DNA of 63,768 nucleotides, counting the filler, from Folioceros fuciformis (lineage: Eukaryota), in NCBI GenBank assembly GCA_049999805.1. It is 25 parts of 25 records of this genome, joined end to end, with 100 filler letters (N's around TTAATTAATTAA, not from the genome) between each part and the next. Parts side by side here need not be neighbours in the genome. Positions count along the whole stretch, not along the records: positions 32,696 to 35,897 come from JBNGIO010000037.1; positions 35,998 to 37,885 come from JBNGIO010000038.1; positions 37,986 to 40,923 come from JBNGIO010000039.1; positions 41,024 to 42,676 come from JBNGIO010000040.1; positions 42,777 to 44,726 come from JBNGIO010000041.1; positions 44,827 to 48,040 come from JBNGIO010000042.1; 19 more parts are not named here. The stretch is one strand, 5' to 3'. A program made the position numbers and the translations under genes. Of this stretch, positions 32,893 through 45,113 are shown in pieces; within the stretch, counting starts at the first letter, position 1; each line of letters begins with the position of its first letter. The notes under the pieces were generated by a model. It ran no database searches. It worked only from the letters and a program-made list of their open reading frames with translations, and was not told the origin of the DNA.

Positions 32893-35800
32893 ACAGCTAC
32901 AGCTCTCCCCGCCTAGCCTAGCCTAGGGTAGGGTAGTAGGGCGGGCGCTGGGCCCCGGCACCCCCGGGCCCGCGGGCCCTGACCCCTTGCCCCTTTCAGG
33001 GGTCCCGCCCTCTACGTACGTAGCTTAAACATCAGCATGTCTGTGTAGGTAGCTACCTGCCTGCCTGCCTACCTACATTTGTTACACGGCTATCCCTATA
33101 ACTGCCATCACATATATGATATGATATTAGAAGAAGAAGCCGAGCGGGCGTCAGGGAGTCAGGCTAAGGGGGTCAGGGAGCCAGGGATTCAGGGATTCTG
33201 CAGCAGTAAAAGTAATATACGACAAGCAGAAAAGAAGCAGCCTAGAAGCCGCACTGCGCCCACTGCGCGGTGCGGGTCATGTTCATTCCGCTTCCAGTAC
33301 TCGGACAGACACAAACCGCTTAACTGTACCAGCATGTGCGCTGGTACATACATACCCTAGTAGCGGTTACAGTTACGATAGTCCGGGTTTTCGGCTTACG
33401 GCCAATGATTTTAGCCGCGTTAATCTGTGACTGACCAGGGTCCGAGCGCCCGGGGCCCAGGGCTACGTGCGCAGAGCAGCGCAGTGCAGTGCAGGCATTC
33501 GCTTCTTATAATAAAAGTCAGCCGGGCAGCCCGCCGGGCTGGGGCTAGGGCTGGGGCTCCACCTCTGCTGCTGCCTCTGGCCCTCAGGCCTCTGCCTCTC
33601 CTCTCCTCTCCTCTCCAGCCTCCCCACATGTGATGAGAGCCCACCCACCCAGCCCACACGGGCAGGCAGCCCAGCCCCAGGCTCCAGGCTCGGGCTCGGG
33701 CTCGGGGCAGAAGCCGAGCCTCCGTTGAATGTGGCGGGCGCTGACACATTCCTCTCTTTCTATCTCTCTTTCTTGCTTGCTTCCTCTCTGTCTGTCTCTC
33801 TCTCCGCGCTTCAGAGCTCCACGCTTCCCAATGAAAACACACGCCCCAGGCCAAGGCACGGGCCATGGCTGCCTGCATGCGCCTGCAGCCTACACCAGCT
33901 CGCTCCAACGCCTCCCACGCACTTCGTCGCATTAGCGTATTAATAATCAGCCAGGCATTTCGGGCTCCGAGCCCTAGTCCGAGTCCTAGTCCGGGTCAGG
34001 CGCCATCTGCTCAGTCCTACAGCCTATCGATAGCCTTTCCACCTGCTGTAATTCTCGCGCCAGAGATGCCTTCTCCGCCTCCCGTCGTCCCGTCTTCCCC
34101 TCCAATCCCAACGTGCTCTCCCTGCACAAGTTGCGCGCTCCCGCGCTCCTCCTGATAACCTCTTACCCGCACGGGATTAGCCCGAGGTCACGCATAAGGA
34201 GGAGGAAGACCAGGAGAAAGAGGAAGAGGAAGAGGCTCGGGGGACCCTCGGGCACAGCAAAAACAACAAGAGGAGGAGCACAGCTGCGGCAGCCGGAGGC
34301 GGAGTCGGAGGCGGAGTCGGAGTCGGAGTCGGAGCCTGGAGGGAATGCAGCCACTCCCGATGACGGAGCAAAGACCCGGGCCGGGCCGGGCCATGCCTTG
34401 CCTTGCCGTGCCGGGCCCCCAGGGAGGGAGGGAGGACGGACTCCCGCTCCATCCCACAGTCCTCCCGCCCGGGTCCCGCGCTGTGGCTCTCAGTCCTGCG
34501 CCTGTGCCTGTGCCTGTGCCTATGAATGAGGTCATAAATGAGGTCAATAATTACACATTACCATCCCTGAGCCCTCCATCACCATTATGTCATGTACCCT
34601 ACCCGCCTACGCCTGGCGCCAATTCCCACACTCGCAAGATCTTTCTCCGACTCCGAGTCCTGCCGTCACCGCCTTACAAAATCCCTCGCGCAATCCGATT
34701 CCACACCACAGCCAATGCCCCCCCGCCTGCATTCAACACCTATCATGTACTTGACCCAACTCCCTACCTTTTCCTTTTTACTTCTAGCCTGCAATCCTTC
34801 ATCTCTCTGCAGCCCTGCAGAAATGAATGCGGCCATAACTTCCACGTCCGGATCCCAATTCCCCCACAGTCCTCACCCACATCCACAGGGAGGATGACCA
34901 CAGCCGCAGCCCCCCAGCCACCAGCCACATCCGCAGCCCCAGCCGCTATCTCTCTCACAACTGCAACTGCTCTGCTCTGCCCTGCTCGGCTCTGCTCTGC
35001 CCGGCCCTGGCCTGCCCAGCCTGCCTGCACATGCCTTGAGAGGCCTTGACTCTACCTTTCTCTCTGGCCCCGGGTCTGCATACTCCATATGTACTCGGGT
35101 TGTGGTGCCCCGTCTCCAGCCTACTACGTCTTCCCATCTTGGCACGAATTGGGATTGCAAGCAGATGACTGACTGTTGAAGCAGGATGGGGACCGCCCCG
35201 CCCTGCCCCGCCCCGGTCCGGCCCAGCCCAGCCCGGCTCGGCCCGGCCCGGCCCGGAAGCCTCGGCACTCAGGCCCCTTCACTGGCCGAGGATCAGTGCT
35301 GCCCGACAAGAGTGCCCGCGCAGCCCGCCCGTGGGCAGCGGGTACCCGGCACCGGGCAGGGGCGGGCAGCTCTGCCATTATTCTATCTTGGCGACCGCCT
35401 ACAAACTACCTGGCCCACAAGTATTATATGTACAGAGAAAGAAAAGAAGAAAGAAAAAAAAAGGACGGGATGGCTTTAGGGGAACCGGGACGGAGGGGGA
35501 GACTGTCCCGGTGCCGGTGCCGGTGCCGGTGGCAGTGGCAGTGCCGGTCTCCGCCCCCTCTCCCGCTCCCCGGAGACTAAATCCCAGCGCTTTAATGGAG
35601 GCGACGGGTGGCGTCGGTTAGCTCTTTTGTCGCCAACTAACGACGCCAGGCCTGACAGGCCCCACCGCACCTGTCAGGATCATGGCCGAGGCCACCAGCC
35701 TATTAACCTCCACCACCGATACCGCCGTGCTCTAAGCTTTTAGCGCTCCTATTATTAGCAACCTGGATGGTTAAACCCGGGAGTGCAACAAACAAGCGCG

Positions 35801-36043
35801 CGCTTGGTCGCTAATTTCAGCCATTTCTACCCCCCGCCGGGTGAGAAAATGCGCACCTTGCTCCTTGCAACTCGCTCCCCGCCCCGCATTTCTACCCNNN
35901 NNNNNNNNNNNNNNNNNNNNNNNNNNNNNNNNNNNNNNNNNTTAATTAATTAANNNNNNNNNNNNNNNNNNNNNNNNNNNNNNNNNNNNNNNNNNNNTTT
36001 TTCAACCAAAACAAACTACTACCCCAAACTTTGGAGGTTCACA

Positions 36044-37409
36044 ACTGGACATGAGCTATGCAACTCTTTACCACATCTCGAATATAGTCGTAGTAAAGCT
36101 CAATGTGTTTTGTTCGAGCGTGAAATCTAGGCTTGGACACAAGGGCAATAGTAGACATGTTGTCATAGTGGAGTGGAGTGGGGCTAGTCTGAGATAAGTG
36201 AATGGCTTCGAGAAATTGCCTTTCCCATTCTAATGCCTTGCATGCATCAGTTAGAGACTTATACTCTGCCTTTGTGGAAGAGAAAGCTAGAGACGTTTGC
36301 TTCTTACAAGACCAACTCACTACGCTAGATGCTAGAAGGAAGACATAAGCAGATAGGCTACGTCGAGAACTGAAATGAGCAGCCCAGTCACCATCTGAAA
36401 AGGCTGTAAGTGAAAACTTCTTCTTGCCACATGAAGTATAATGTAAACCATAGGACAAAGTACCCTTTAAATATTTGTAGATTCACTTATCAGCTAACCA
36501 GTATGCCTTTCCAGGATTCTTCAAAAACTGTGAAACAATACTAACTGCATAGCTAATATCAGGCGATGTCTAATTGGATAGAAAAATAAGGCTACCCACA
36601 GCTTCTGCATAGGGAACTGATGCCATGAGCTCCTCATCGGATGTAGACTGAGGAGATTGATCTAGTGTAAGTTTAACCCCTACTGCAGAGGGTGTGGAGA
36701 TAGGCCTAGCAAAATCCATATGAAATCAGTTTAGGATTTCTTTAATGTACTCTGTTGGATGTAGAATAACCGAGAGTGTAACCATGTCTCTCAAAATCTG
36801 TACACCCAAGCAATACTGCAGAGAAACTTGATCAATCATCTCAAACTCAGAACAAAGGAGGGATATAACCCAATCCATGTGAGCCATCTTATCACTAAGA
36901 AGAATGGCGTCATCAACATAGAGAGCCAGAATGACAAATGAAGACCCAACAAAGAGGTAAAACACATTTGAATGAGCTGGTGATTGAACAAAGTTATGCT
37001 TCTTGAGGAAAGATGTAATCCGTTTGTACCAAGCACGTGGGCTCTACTTAAGCCCATATATAGTTTTTAATTACTTGCAGACCTTAGAGGGATAACGCTT
37101 GTTTACAAATCCTTTTGGTTGGTCCATATACAGGACTTCTTCAAGTTTGTCATGCAAGAATGCAGTGCACACATCCATCTCGTGTAATTCGACGTCAAAC
37201 TCTGCAGCCAAAGCAAGAAGAATACGAATAGATGGAGGCTTAACTACAAGAGAAAAAGTGTCTTCATAATCAATACTAGGTATTTGTGAGAAACCTCTTG
37301 CTACCAACCAAGATTTATAACGAGCTACAATCCCATCTGATTTCAACTTGGTTTTAAAAACCCATTTGCAAGATATAGATTTACGCCATGGTGGGAGATC
37401 AACCACCAT
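36044..37409 (-). pseudogene. Degenerate Ty1/copia RT-RNase H
   Basis: CKWVFKTK, LVARGFSQ, LYVDD, SDGDWA and ARTKHIE, with stops and frameshifts. Confidence 0.9.
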
Positions 37410-37507
37410 TGATATTGAAGTAGTGGCCCTCTGGACTGCCCATCCAACTCGAATAAGGCAGCTTGCTTGGAAACCAAGATGGTTCTCTCAGGGGGAAGTC
37501 TCTATAG

Positions 37508-37720
37508 CTACCAGCCAACTTCGTTCCAGATACCTTGCGCATAGACACACTGAAAGAAGATATGTTGACTTTTGTGCGAGGCACCAGCATTGCACAGCCT
37601 GCAACCTTCCTCCCCCATGGCCACCAACAACCCGTCCCAGTGGTCTGCATTAGGCAAGCAAGCTTTAAAGAAACACCAGATGGTTACCCTCACCTTGGGG
37701 GGATCCCTAAGGTCGACCAC
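37508..37720 (-). mobile_element. LINE (L1-like) ORF2 C-terminal zinc-finger (zf-RVT) fragment
   Basis: PPKVRVTIW..ACLPNAD...CRLCNAG..SQHIFFQCVYAQGIW fits the zf-RVT pattern. Confidence 0.7.
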
Positions 37721-37985
37721 ATGAGTTTGATCGTTGTCCTTTGCCTCAACCTAGGCGCTAGTCGACTTTGCCGAAGAGATTTTTGTGTGCGCACTAGGCG
37801 GAGGTCAATGGCTGCCGACGGAAAGTTGAAGAGTGATTTCGCCATTGCCTGCTTACTTCCTGCGCTCCCTGGCCACGTATAGAGGNNNNNNNNNNNNNNN
37901 NNNNNNNNNNNNNNNNNNNNNNNNNNNNNTTAATTAATTAANNNNNNNNNNNNNNNNNNNNNNNNNNNNNNNNNNNNNNNNNNNN

Positions 37986-40660
37986 GCATCTAAGACCCTA
38001 CATTCTGTTGGAGTGAACAGTGTATGAGTACTGTTGTCTAAGTTCATTTTCCTAACAGAAATAAGGTTCCTTGTCATTTCAGGCACGTGGAACACATCTG
38101 TGAGTAGAAGTTTGATGCCTGAAGGGACAGGAAGCTTAACTGTGCCAATGCCTGGACACACAAGCCTGCCATCATCACCTAGGTAGACAAATCTGTCTTG
38201 TACTAACCTGTATGTGACGAATGCATTTCTGTCGAGACAGATGTGTGCTGTTGCACTTGTATCAAGGTACTATTCACTGACTGGTTTGCCTTGTGTATTT
38301 GCAGATAAACAGGTGGGGTTAGCAAGAGGGTGTATGAACTTCCTGGTTCCAACAGTGAGAGCTGAAGGTGAGCCATGCTTTGTCACAACAACATGTGTCT
38401 GAGAAGTGGAGCTGCCCTCCTTGCGAGGTACCCCGGCCTGCTTCTTTCGACACTCGTTTTCCCAATGGCCTGGAATCTGGCACCAGTGGCACTTTCCAGC
38501 CTTTTTGGGTTTCTTCTGTGTAGAGGCTCCCTATGAGCCACTAGCACCTGAGGTATTCTGTCTACCTCTAAAGTATGGCTTCTTTTTGCCTTTGTTGTTG
38601 TTGATATATAAAGCTTGCTGTTTACTAGGACGTTTGAATTGTCCCCTTGTAGCTTCTTCTTGAAGAAGTGCACCCAAAAACTCTGAGAATGAGGTCTTGG
38701 GAAGGTCAACTCCAGCAGCTTTGGCTATTTTTCGACCTTGAAGCTGTGAAGTGTTGTAGGAGGTAACAAAATGTTGCCATGACTCTGGCAGAGTCATCAT
38801 AAAGTGTAAGATCAAAGCTGAGTCATTTACACTTTCTTGTGCAGCACTTTCGAATTTAGAAACAAGGGATCTGAAAACAGTTAGATGTCTTTCAATAGAT
38901 TCTCCTTCTCTCATTCGCAAAGTCTGGATATTTCGAAGGGCAGTCAACTGAGTTGTGTCATCTGTTCCAGCATACAGGTCCTGAAGCCGCGTCCATATCT
39001 TAGCTGAGGTTTTGCAACCAGAGGTCTGTCTCAACATATCAGTCGTCAGGCCACTCCGGATAAGGTACTGTGCTGCTTCATCTTTGATGACCCAGGCATC
39101 CTGTGCCTTCTTCTCATCAGTTGATGGTGTAGTTCCAGGAGGTATTGTAGCTGGAAATTTAGTTTCACCATTTGCCCATTTCCAGAGCAGTTTATTTTGT
39201 AATGCTCATCGCATCCTAATGACCCAAATGTCATAGTCAGCCCCCCCAAACCTATCCTTTTCCCTAAATCCCTCACCTGCTAGATTAGTATTAGGATCAC
39301 CCATGTTAGGGACTATTGTTATTCCTCCTCACTGTGAAGATGTTATGGATGAGACACTAATCAATCTGTCTGACCTAATTCATGCAGGTCAACAACAGTT
39401 GGATTTGAGGGAAAAACCTGAGATGTGAACAATGCATTAGGTATGGGCTGCAAATTGCAGCCTCCTCATTACAAAGGTAAGGCAGGATCGAACTGTTGGT
39501 CAACAATGTGTAGATTGACCATATGTCTTTCTGTAATGTTTCTTATGTTCTGATCTCAAATTTCCCAGCGATTGAAAGCGTAGGTTGAACATGATGGACA
39601 TGAATTTGGATAATCAAACTTGTAGTGTTTGTTACGTTTACCTGCTGGCTTGCATGCTGTTCCTCTAGTGGTAGGGTTAGCAAGAAGGGCAGGTTTTAGC
39701 AAAGCAAGTAGTTTAAAATCCAGATGCCCAATATGCTCAAGCAAACTTCGTAAGTCAACAGCAATTGCAGCAAGTTTCTGGCTTATGTTTTGAAAACGCC
39801 TGTCAACATACTGCTGATGTGCCTCCAACCTAGAAGCTAATTGTGTTGCGCTTGTGTGTGGTGCAGCATTTGTGGTTAGGAACCCCCTAGGGTTACCATT
39901 GCCATCAAAAGCACGCTCTGCAGTTAATCTTTTGACTGCATTTGGTTGTGCACCAAGACCCCTTCGTCGATGCCGCTGATTATGTAGCAGTTCTTCAAAG
40001 GGAATCGGCAATCCTGGCAATTGTTGCCCTTCCAAAGGATTGGCCATTCATCAGGCCAGGAGTTTTGTATTCACAAATTTTTCAAAGACATTTTATAATT
40101 TCTATCTTGACTTTGTGTAGAAATTGTGAACATTCCCATCAAATGTTCTAATGCAACTGGCATGAAATTGCATTAAAGCAATTTAAAAACAGAAACATTA
40201 AACACATTGTCAAGAAACACACTATGTCTAAACACAAATCAAGAAAGAACAATATAAAACAGTTTCTTGAAAAACTTTTATATTTTCTTATTAGAAACCA
40301 TTTCCTAATCAAGAAAGCAAACACAAAACATATATTTATGCATATCAGAATATGCACAATTTAATGTGCATTCCTAAGAATGCAATTTACACCTATCATG
40401 GCTCTGATACCATGACAAAATTAATAAAAGGTGTAAATCAATTACATTTAAGTAATTACATTATATGTATTTATCAAAAAGAGAGTAAATTAAAGAAGAC
40501 CACAACTAGACTTAAAACTAGTTAATGGAAAGGCATGACCTTTAGCTAGAGACACAACCCTAGCGAAACGGTAAGTAGCTAAATAAAAAACTACATCCCT
40601 ATACACACTAGATACGTGCTAAATAATAACACGAAACCCTAAGCAATGATTCAACACACT
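37986..40660 (-). mobile_element. Ty1/copia 5' half (LTR end, PBS, extra ORF, gag, protease), degenerate
   Basis: PBS TGGTATCAGAGCC at 40412-40400 after ...TGTCA; gag; CHWCQIPGHWENEC; YLDTSATAHIC. LTR 5' limit approximate. Confidence 0.85.
39556..40047 (-). CDS. Extra ORF (163 aa) between PBS and gag, coiled-coil
   Basis: Intact ATG-started ORF with the heptad-like segment VDRRFQNISQKLAAIAVDLRSLLEHIGHL. Confidence 0.6.
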   Translation of the reverse strand: MANPLEGQQLPGLPIPFEELLHNQRHRRRGLGAQPNAVKRLTAERAFDGNGNPRGFLTTNAAPHTSATQLASRLEAHQQYVDRRFQNISQKLAAIAVDLRSLLEHIGHLDFKLLALLKPALLANPTTRGTACKPAGKRNKHYKFDYPNSCPSCSTYAFNRWEI

Positions 40661-41392
40661 ATCTTCTATTAATACCTTTGGGCTTGGGAAATCTGGGTGG
40701 TGTAGGAGGGTGTGGTTCTCCAGAGGCATAGTGAAACTCACCTCTCACACCTGCGGGCATCAAATGTAGCTCAAGAAAACAACTAGCTTACAGGCTGCTG
40801 GGGTGCAGGACGACGGTGTGAACCTGCCTAGAGCATCTGTGGAGGCAAAACCCAGGGCACTGATTGTCGACGGGTCCCACCTTTAGTGGCCACACTTATC
40901 CCACTGTCGTTGAGACATTGGGTNNNNNNNNNNNNNNNNNNNNNNNNNNNNNNNNNNNNNNNNNNNNTTAATTAATTAANNNNNNNNNNNNNNNNNNNNN
41001 NNNNNNNNNNNNNNNNNNNNNNNACTCATACTCCTCCCCTGGAGGTTGGCTCAGCCACCAAGGGTGAACAGTTGCAAGGAAAGACTTAGCGGGCGGCCAT
41101 CCAACAAGGAAGAGGCGGCATCCGCAAATCGATCAGACATCCTACGAAGTCTCAGGATAGTCTAAGAGGTGGTACATCCTTGTGGTGGTAGGGCTAGCTC
41201 ATTGGTGGCAGGATGTGCTAGAAGTCTAAATAAGTGGCTGGTGACAGCCGGCTAGGCTAGTGGTCCTATTAAAATAATACATGTCAAGTTAGAGAGAGGT
41301 GAAGTCAAAGAGAGAGAGGCTCCTATAAGATTAGGTGAGCCTGTAGGAGGAGGTAGTCATTCACTTTGGGAGTCAATCTGTCACTTCGTGAG

Positions 41393-42676
41393 TGTGGACT
41401 CCACATGCTGAATAGGTCCCCGGATAATAGAAGGATTTCCTTTTTTTAGAATCGCTGAGTGGATCCTGTAGTGAAATGGTTAGAAGATTAGGTTAGATTA
41501 GTAGCTAAATTAATGGTGAGTCAAGAGGGCCTAGGAGGGTGTGTGGTAGATAGACACGGGCTCCGGTTCCTTAGGATACGGTAACAGAGGAATAGGAACC
41601 CTAGAACGGGTTATGGGAGGTTAGCCAGGGTTCCCTTTGGGAGATGCTGGTGGAAGAGCCGAGGCTCTCTCTAGCTGATGCTGGTGGAACGGCGGTAGAC
41701 AAACCCAGCCCGTCAGCAAGCAGGCAGGCAGTGCTGCCTAGCGGCTGGCTGGGACGGATCTGGGCGGGAGGGCAGGCTAGAGTCAGGCCCGGCTTGGGGT
41801 CTCGAATGAGTCCAGCTAGTAGAAGATCGGCCGGCTGAGGTGGATCCAGGCTGACCGGGCTGTGCAGCCAAGGGGAGGCCGAGGGCCGGTTGGAGGCTGG
41901 TGGGTTGCTGAGAAACCTAGCCAGTAACAACAGGGCACCAATTGGCAGGGCTTAGGCGGGATGGCAAAACGGCGAAGTTAGATTCGGGTTGGTCTGAGGG
42001 GATGGCAGGCAGCTGCAGTCAGGCGATCCAAGCCTGCCAGCAGTTGGACCGATCGGCAGAGGCAGATTTGAACTAGGTGGTCGGCTGGCTAGCTGGCTGA
42101 TTCTGGAGCTAGGTAGGCGGGCCGACTAGTCGGGAAATCCAGGCCAGGCGGGCCTCGACATGATCCAGGCCGTAGGAAGGCGCCACCACCGGCTGGTTGT
42201 GGATGGTGCTGGAGCGGACTAGGCAGGCTAGAGGCGGACCGGATCTAAGCTGGCGGCAGGCTGGTTGTTCTGACAGGTGAGCTACCTGGCTAGATCGACC
42301 AGGAAGGATAAAGACAGGTCCTAGCGGACCGCTGGCCGGCAGCAAGGGCTGAAGTAGGTAGGTGGGCCTACGCGTCCAGGCAGCCAGGCAGACTGCATCA
42401 TGGCCGATGCAGGTAGGCGATGCCACCGAGTCGGCCGCGAATGAGACTAGAGTGGACCAGGCAGAGCAGGTTTAGCCGGCGGAGTGGATTAGGCGAGGTG
42501 TGTGTGGGCGCTGGCCGGATTGCTAGGTAGCCAGCAGGTGAACCAGTAATAGGCTGGCGGGCAGTTAGATGGTAGGCTGGTCCGGCCCTGGCTGGATCAC
42601 GGTAGGTAGATCAGTCGGGGGGGGCAGGAGGTTGCTCTCGCATCCCTGGTGGAAGGCTATGGTGGAATCTGGGGCT
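41393..42676 (+). repeat. Diverged family-A-like LTR (relative of 5005-10076) nested in a family B/E LTR
   Basis: Begins TGTGGA. 41430-41640 matches the reverse complement of ~9826-10060, followed by the same GC-rich degenerate repeats. The left flank 41024-41392 is B/E sequence. Confidence 0.8.
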
Positions 42677-43771
42677 NNNNNNNNNNNNNNNNNNNNNNNN
42701 NNNNNNNNNNNNNNNNNNNNTTAATTAATTAANNNNNNNNNNNNNNNNNNNNNNNNNNNNNNNNNNNNNNNNNNNNGGTTGTTGTAGTGTTTAGAGTTGC
42801 AAGGCACCGAGAGTGCTCAAGGCTTGGAAAGGAGCCTTAGGCTGTGTTTCCTCAAATCCGTTCTAATTGGTGTGTGTTTCTGATGTGGTGGTATGATCTG
42901 AAAGAGGGGGGGGGGGGTTGCAACCTGGTTGTAGCTTCCTTCTGCAGGTTCTGACGTATGGTTTCTATCACATAGATTGAGGGGGCTGTAGGCAGTAACA
43001 GCTACAACAGTTGTGACTGCGAAGATCTGTCCACAGGTCGGAATTGGCAACCTAAACCTTTGGTAGGGTAGGAGTGATAGTCCTAACATGTTTGCAGTTG
43101 GCAGGTGTAAACGATAAAATGTTTAGGAACTCCCTACTGAGGTGTGCTTCGGAGTGATATTTTTGTTTTTTTGCTAAGTTTGGTGTGGAACCAGATTAGG
43201 TTGGAAGTAGGCCAAGGTATTTATGCTCAAGAGCTCCTTGGCCTATGAAGTTTTTAGTTTTGAGTTGGTTTGATCAATAACTGGTCCGTGGACTAGGAGG
43301 GGGGGGGGGCTGATTGTTCCTTGGCCTTCGGCCTTTGAACAATTCACAAAAGCCTATATAAGAAGGAACCCCATAGCTATAGAGTCTGGTTGTGATTGGG
43401 GTCAACTCGGGTGTAGAACAACACCGTCGGTGGACTTAGGTTGAGAAGGGAGGTAGCCAAAGCTCGGTGACAGTCGCGGAAGGCGGATGGTGGTCGTAGA
43501 AAGGGCAACTAATAGTGGAAGTTGGCGGAGGTAGTGGAAATCGGAATGACCACGAACGAATGGAAACCCTAAGAGAGGGCCCAAGTGTCCAAGAGTTATT
43601 TTCAAGAGGAGCGCAACCACAACTGAAGCAGCATAGGGGAGCGGACTCGGTAGACAAGGAGTGGGCTTACAAGCGGATCATAGGGAACAGAGAGGAAGCA
43701 GCGAACGTGGGCCCGTAGCGATCCCCTAACAGACTCGAGGAAGTGCGAGGCTGTGAGGCACAGAACAGGAG

Positions 43772-44160
43772 GTGGCAGCGGCGCACAAGCTAACCCTGGA
43801 GGAGCAACAAATGGAGGAAACAGCCGCTGAGCTAACGCTTGCAGAGTTGTGCAGGGATGCCGCACCTGGACCCATGGCACAGGTCGAGGTTGCGCTTTGG
43901 CCCAACATGGACCATTGGAAGGCCCGTGCAGGTGAACTGGTGGAAGAGTTGGGACTTGGGTTCATTACGAAACGATGGAATTACATGAACCCAAGCTTGG
44001 TACAGGAGTGTGCACAGCAGCTGCGAGGTAGGACAAAGGTGGAGGGTATCAGAGGAAGACCACAGGACTAGGATTTGGGGTTGGCGAGAGTGGTATATAG
44101 GCGCATCCAGGAGGAGGCTAGCGGGCTCGTACTCGAGTCTCTGTGGAAACGTAGCATGGT
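43772..44160 (+). pseudogene. Retrotransposon accessory ORF fragment, homologous to 54361-55882
   Basis: WPNMDHWKARAGELVEELGLGFITKRW aligns with WPNMDH*KVRASSLVQELGLGFMGKKW at ~54428. Confidence 0.6.
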
Positions 44161-44188
44161 ACCAACAGCAACAAAGTTTGCAGTGCTT

Positions 44189-44581
44189 TGCTAATTAATA
44201 AAATTGATTACAAGAGGTGGGCTTTTATAGCCTGTGTCTGAAGAGTTGTACCTCTTCGGTACTAACTACCAAAGAGTATGACCACGCTAGCTAAGTTACC
44301 CATAACCAACCTGGTCTATACTTCTAACTCTCCCTCTCAGACTAGTTGGGTTATCTAAATCAAAGAACTAATAATCATTTGCCGCTGGAGTATTGTATAA
44401 GTACTACGGTCTTCAACTAAACTCAACTCACCGATCATCACCAGCCGCAAGTAAGATTGAAGCAAGCGGTCTACAATAGCTATCAACTTCTAGTAATGTA
44501 TCTCTGTGGAAGCAATGTTTGAACTTTGGCAAGGATTTTGTCAGTATATCTATTGTATTATAGTCTGTGGGTACATACTGT
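44189..44581 (-). mobile_element. Ty1/copia 3' end with PPT and short LTR (~44189-44329)
   Basis: QYVPTDYNTIDILTKSLPK; purine tract GAGAGGGAG before the LTR. Confidence 0.65.
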
Positions 44582-44885
44582 TGTGAACCTCCAAAGTTTG
44601 GGGTAGTAGTTTGTTTTGGTTGAAAAAGGGTTAATAGTGGTATGGTTTGGTTTTCTTTTTCAACTTATTTTCCCTAATTTTCCTTTATTTTATGGTCATT
44701 TTTCCTATTTTTCTTTGTGCTAATTANNNNNNNNNNNNNNNNNNNNNNNNNNNNNNNNNNNNNNNNNNNNTTAATTAATTAANNNNNNNNNNNNNNNNNN
44801 NNNNNNNNNNNNNNNNNNNNNNNNNNTCTTTTGTAAGTATCTTGAATAAAGAGCAGCATCTAGAGGAGGTGGTCTGCGAGTCGTC

Positions 44886-45113
44886 AGTGGACGGCGGGCT
44901 ACTTGGAGCCTAGTGCTTAGTCGTGTGAGAAGGAGTGAGTGAAGTGGACGGCGGGCTACTTGGAGCCTAGTGCTGAGTCGTGTGAGAAGGAGTGAGTGAA
45001 GTGAACGGCGGGCTACTTGGAGCCTAGTGCTGAATCGTGTGAGAAGGAGTGAGTGAAGTGGACGGCGGGCTACTTGGAGCCTGGTGCTGAGTCGTGTGAG
45101 AAGGAGTGAGTGA
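44886..45113. repeat. 57-bp minisatellite x4
   Basis: Units start at 44886, 44943, 45000 and 45057 (AGTGGACGGCGGGCTACTTGGAGCC...GAGTGAGTGA). Confidence 0.93.

Noticed and set aside
32701-32916. Poly-(Met-Ala) ORF
   Set aside because: Translation of an (ATGGCT)n microsatellite.
33420-35670. Many ORFs on both strands as a host gene; partial miRNA-like matches
   Set aside because: Low-complexity GC-rich microsatellite translations. Only short seed-length similarities and no full mature miRNA or fold-back could be supported.
12987-40837. Identical GCATC flank at two B termini as a TSD pair
   Set aside because: Both flank the same LTR end, so they cannot be the two sides of one insertion; coincidence or weak target preference.
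44886-45113. CRISPR-like array
   Set aside because: Head-to-tail 57-bp units with no unique spacers and no cas genes, in a eukaryotic context.
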